Shown one piece after another: positions 54,701-60,700 of a stretch of 64,000 bases of DNA (positions within the stretch are counted from its first letter, which is position 1; every line of letters starts with the position of its first letter). The notes beneath the pieces are model-generated. The model saw only the letters and a program-made list of their open reading frames with translations. It was not told the origin of the DNA and did not search any database. The translations under genes were made by a program, and so were the position numbers. This DNA is from Glycera tridactyla. Lineage: Eukaryota. The stretch lies in assembly GCA_965644265.1 (NCBI GenBank), contig OZ286469.1, forward strand, positions 39,866,001-39,930,000, in the 5' to 3' direction.

Positions 54701-57700
54701 TGTTGATATGAATGATTCAAAGCTAGCTCTCCTTGACAACTTCATCATATCAACAAAATGTAAGGTTCAGCAAACCACCATGGATGATATAGACAAGTGG
54801 TAAAAGCTGAGTTGTCAGCTACTCCCACTTAACAACCTTTCAGGTTCCCTATAATCCAGTGTTCAGGGTCTGTGTAAGTGATGCCTGCAGGGGACAGAAA
54901 ATCTAGCTTTCATCGACCAGGAATACACGGCATACGTAATCCTCTGGGTTGGCACATGCCATGATACCACAACAACAAAAATCCATCAATTTCCTCTGAG
55001 GGTAATCACCTTAGCTCACTGTCAAATCAATTTTTTCCCCAGGCAATATGATGCGTACAACACTGGAGAATTCGTCATGTACGAACACAAGACTCTACCA
55101 TACAAGGTATGTGATGCCCTATCTTGATAACATACTATTGTGATAGACAATTCCTGAGTAATATTGGAGTGAAGATGTTTCATGCATAAGTGGTTTTGAT
55201 CATCAATGGTCGAACGCCGTAAATTGAATTGGAAATGCTCTATTAGACAATCACATGAAAACTTTCGAGGTGAATCATATACACAGCACCACATTCACTA
55301 ATTATGAACCCAGGAGATACAATATCATTAAAAAAGTATCATTTTCCACAGCGTTTGATAGTATAACTAAGAGTACATTCTTCAATGTGATACATTAATA
55401 GAATAAATCTTAATCTGGACAGCAACGGTGATTATGATGCAGCATGTTGATACACTGTCGCAATTTGCGACACATTGAGAATGCTACTCCTTATTCTCAG
55501 GAAGAGTTGGCGTCTCTACCGAATTTGTGTTTTTGTCGCATGTCCTGAATGAGCATCTATTAATATGGGGTTGGATCTTGCTCTTGGAGAGTGCCATCAT
55601 TTGTGGGCATCGAACTTGATTGTGCAGACATCAAACCTGTGATGCCCTACCTGCGACCAGATCGGCTTCTTCACGATTGTAGCTGACCCATGACCATTGT
55701 CGAAGAATGTCGGGAATTGTCGACATTAGCCAAGGGTCGAACGCAAGATTGTCGATAATCTGCTACAATCGTCACTGAGCCGAACTTGTCCCTAGTTCTC
55801 TACATCGCTGATGGTGACGCTTGACCTCCATCATGCTAGCCCATCCTATCATATTTTGGCGGGCGAACTTTGATGCATTGCATCAAGTTTTTCTTGTTTC
55901 TATTATTCCAGATTCATGCGTTGTCGATTCGGTGCACACCGACGGCACAGGCAGCCTGTAACTGTGGTGTGATGGTGCAGTCCGGTGACGATGTGATCTC
56001 CATCACGCAGTGCCCCACAGCCGACGACACAGCCAACAATATCCAGCCAGAACTGAAGGTCTACCTCTTCAATAACGGCGACCTCACATCTGGTACCAAA
56101 TTCTACAGCCTCAACAGTGGCGAAACCTACAAGGTCAGTATGAGATGGAATTGTTTGTTAAACGAGCATGAAATCTATTAGAGAGTTTTAAAGCACGAAT
56201 TCTATTGGTTTCACCATTGGGTGGGCCTAGTGGAGGGTCCATAAACTCTCGTAGCTGTCTTCCAAAATGTTTAGATATAAGGCGTCACGATGCTTCATAC
56301 AGTTTGACCCGCTTTCGGGAGTGTACTGGGGACATACCCCCTCCCCCAAAACATTGTATATATTACAGTTAAACATGGCATGTCAATTATTTCATACCTT
56401 CCATATTAAACTTAGTCCAAAGAACATTCGAATAGAACAGGTACAACTGCGGTGACTGGGAACATGTATGTTGGAACACAGGATTTGTAATGTTGTTGAT
56501 ATTCCACTGAACATCTATCAATATCTACTTGTGACTCTTAAGTTTGAGTAGGATCAAATCTAACAATGTGAAACAGACAGAAGTATTCTGAATCCATGCC
56601 CAGTATTCTCCCAGCTAGAGTAGGATACTACCAAAACCGAAAATCACATGAAATGATTCTCTCAGGCCAGGATGAAACAAGAATGGATGTGTTTTATATG
56701 CAGGTTGTCTTGCCCAATGGAGCATACGTGAAGGCGACACCGCAGTCAGCTCGTATTGGCTTTGTCGTTTATCACTACTTGGATCTGTTGATCAACCCTG
56801 CAATCACCGATGAGCAACAGGTGCAAGGTGAGAATTCAACTTCATTTCGTATTCAATTGGATTAATTGGTCATATCTGACAGCCTCTGTGATATTTCAAT
56901 ACTTACAAGCGATGATGCTTCATTTTCATTGAAAAAAAGCAAAAGCTCACTTGTTTGGGGCATCCAGAGGTATGAATTCAAGCCACAATCGCCAAAATGA
57001 GACGTTGGCAATTTTGCAAAGAATAGATCTGATCTGAGATACACAATAATACATAGATGATTGTCATCTGTTCACAACCAATATTCACTAGCAGCATGTA
57101 TGTCTATCGAGTGTTGACTGTCTTGCTGTGTATTTCAGGTATGTGTGGTACATACGATGGCATGTACTACACGGACTCCACCAACGGCAATGGTATCCGC
57201 GTCAACCAGATCTCCAGACCCAACTCTTTCATTACCTCCTGGACGTAAGTTCACGCATTTTCCCACCATGATACCACTGCTTTAATGTCACTTTCATCTC
57301 TTGAAGATATCATGTGTAGGCAGATCCTGCCAGATGGATGCTTGACTGAAGCAGTAGACTGTCTTTAATTGGTAACCAGAAATAGATACGAAAGTGAAAA
57401 TACATTGAATATATTCTTCTAGTCCGATATTCTACCGGACTATGTTTAAGATGTTCAGTCTCTAATAGTCCTGCCTGGGTTGAGACGTTTATCCCTACTC
57501 AATCAATCTCCATTCTATTAGGTTTCACTGTCTCCCCTTTCGTCACCCCCACGTTCTTCTTGTATTATGGTGAGGAACGCCTACTCTGGGCCACTCACTA
57601 TCTATCATTCACAATTATGTTGATGTCAATGCTTAGTTATTCTGATTCTTCATAGGGTAACTGGAATGGATCGTATTCAGTTCGGTGTGGAAGCCACAGG

Positions 57701-60700
57701 CTACGAGGATTCGAGTGCTAGCGATAGCTGGTGTGGCTGTATCAACGGGCAGGATATCTCCTGTGGATATGACTCCAGTGACTGCCAACTCTACTCCGAA
57801 AATGGTGAGCTGGGGATGCATTCACTCACTCATGCCCTCAATCAATCAATCAATCAGTTAATCGATCTTCTATACTATGGCAGTCCTTCATCAACTGGCA
57901 AACTGACCACCAAGGCATATGATATAGGCAGTAACCACATACAGTACATACCACAGTTGTTGTACTTCACACAGTGGTACTGTGATGGGGTTCCACAAGA
58001 TTCAATCCTGTGCCACAGCATATCCACTATATGAGTCGGTCAAATGGATGGACACCCAATGAAATAAGACTCCACCGTAGCTGACCAGACTCAATATAAT
58101 AGCAATAGGGGACAGACGGGCAGATAGACGGGCAGGCTGAAAAACAGACAGAGAGACTGACCGACTGATGGATGGACAAAGGGATGGACTGGCAGACAGA
58201 CATACANNNNNNNNNNNNNNNNNNNNNNNNNNNNNNNNNNNNNNNNNNNNNNNNNNNNNNNNNNNNNNNNNNNNNNNNNNNNNNNNNNNNNNNNNNNNNN
58301 NNNNNNNNNNNNNNNNNNNNNNNNNNNNNNNNNNNNNNNNNNNNNNNNNNNNNNNNNNNNNNNNNNNGCAGACAGATAGGCACACATACAAACAGACAGA
58401 CAGACAAATAGACAGACAAACAGACAGAAAATCTAAATCCCTGGACGAAACCGAATATAGCTCTATGAGAATGAACATATATATCTACAGATGTATAGTC
58501 TGTACAGGAGTGTATCTATTCATTGTCCCCTTATTACCTTCCAGCGGTGGACCAGACTGAGTGGCTGATAGACTCGCGTTCCAAAACACCTAACCCTGCG
58601 ACGACTCGGCGACGTCGAGAAGCCGTCGATACCTCGGACGATGCCTACCAAGAGGTCGATCCAACGCTCAATGATCCCAACTTTGTCGCCGAGGAGGTCA
58701 GTATATCTACATACATGTGGAGAGATTGTCCTGTCTTGTTTAAGGATAGGACACAACAACCTCACCAATGTATATCTGAACAATAGAAGTCCAGAACCAC
58801 CTCAGTGCATCCCATGTCACTGTCAACTTACCTTTGAACACATACACCTTAAATGTGTTGATTTTCAACAAATTAGATCTCAGTATCACAATGTAGGAAA
58901 TATAAAAGAACTCTCTAAGGATATTTAATACTCAGTAACCAAGTATTTCCCAACGAATATGGCGACGAAATCTGCGTTATATCCAGAAACGGGCACAACC
59001 AGGAGGGTGCGCAGGAGTTGATTCAACGCAGTAGGGTGCGGCGATCAGTAACACTAAGAAGAGAGAGCTTAAATGTCAGTATCTCGTTTCTGAAGCAAGG
59101 CCTGCTTGTGGACAGCCTTCCTTTCTCAAAACTTGTGGCTGGGCGCAGTTTTCCCGACCAAACTCGGGAGATATTTGAACAATATTTTGGCATGTCAATT
59201 GGTAGTGATAACCTGCTTTGATTTCGTAGGAGGTAACATGGCCAACGCCGACAGGAATCACAGAAAGCGAAGCCAACTCGACGTGTATGGATAGTATCCT
59301 GGGAAGCGAAGCGGCCGCAAGCTGTGCTTCCACCCTCGCCTCTAACTATACCACCGAGATCGCCAACTGTATCGAAGATGTTGGGGTAAGATATGAACAG
59401 AGATATCTGCTAGCATTGACTGTTTGTTTGGATTCACCAAAATTGATGGATGATTGTCAGGCATTATGGTGAATGATTCTTGTCTTATCCTATCTCATGC
59501 TATGACATATTCATGCAGTTTTCATTAATTCCTATATGCCGCATTGTTGTGTGCCATCCACAGTTTTATGTGCCTCAAAGCTTTTGAGCACTCTAAATGA
59601 CATGTGCCTTTTTCAGGGATGATTTTACGCTGTGCCCTGTGGCAAATGGCACATAAAGTTGTGGAAGGGCATATTGGACCAGAAGGCATATACAATTTTC
59701 CATACTTTGATATGATTACATGGTTTGAGGCACACACAAATCAGAAATGACACATGAAATCTGCATCAATGTGACCGAAAGACCCATACATATTCGCGAG
59801 CAAGAAAACCCCTGCTTATTTATGCAGTTTTGGTGTGTAATTTACACTATTATGTGCACCAAAGCATTGAAGCACTCTAAATGGCATGTGCTTCGGGAGC
59901 CCAGATTTGGGATATCCCTGGAAATCTGATGCAATATCTACATCAGTCGATGCTGATCTCTGTTTATAGCGTGGAGACAGTTTGGACTATGCCGACGGCT
60001 ATGTGACGTCGATAACGCAGACCTGTCTGGAGGAGTTGAACTCCGTGAGCGTAGAGGTGAACACCAATGAGACGACCGACTCCAACACCATCGAAGATCC
60101 CTACGAGGACATCAGTAGCAATCTGTGTCCTGACAACTGTAATGACCAGGGCACCTGTACAGCTGGTAAGTGATGCTATGTACTGACACTATATGTGAGG
60201 TTATACGAAACTAGGCCTGTTACAATTAACAATTCATCACAACCACACTATCTGAACATATCTAAGCAATTTCTCTCTATGTGTCGTTTACACATTCATG
60301 TGCCCAAAGCATTGAAGTAGTCTTGCGACTTGTTTGAGAACCGAGCCATTCGTTTGGAGAGATTGTGATGCTGGAGATTATGTGAGACTAGGCCTGTTAC
60401 AATCATCAACCCATCAATAACCATCGCTGCCACCACTAGAACCACCACCACTAGTACCACCTCAACCACCATCAGTGCCACTACTACCTGCAACACCACT
60501 TTCATAGTCACTGCTGCTAGCACACTTAATTTCACCTCAAGCAATAACATCACCATCACTCAATTTAGGTAAGTTCTCTCTTCGACACATGCATCGACAG
60601 GTGATGATCAATCGGCCATCTTCTTCGGGACTGCTAATGTAACACAATTTCTAGATTCTCTACTGTCGACGAAAGTTTTTAAAATTTGGCCAAGTATACT

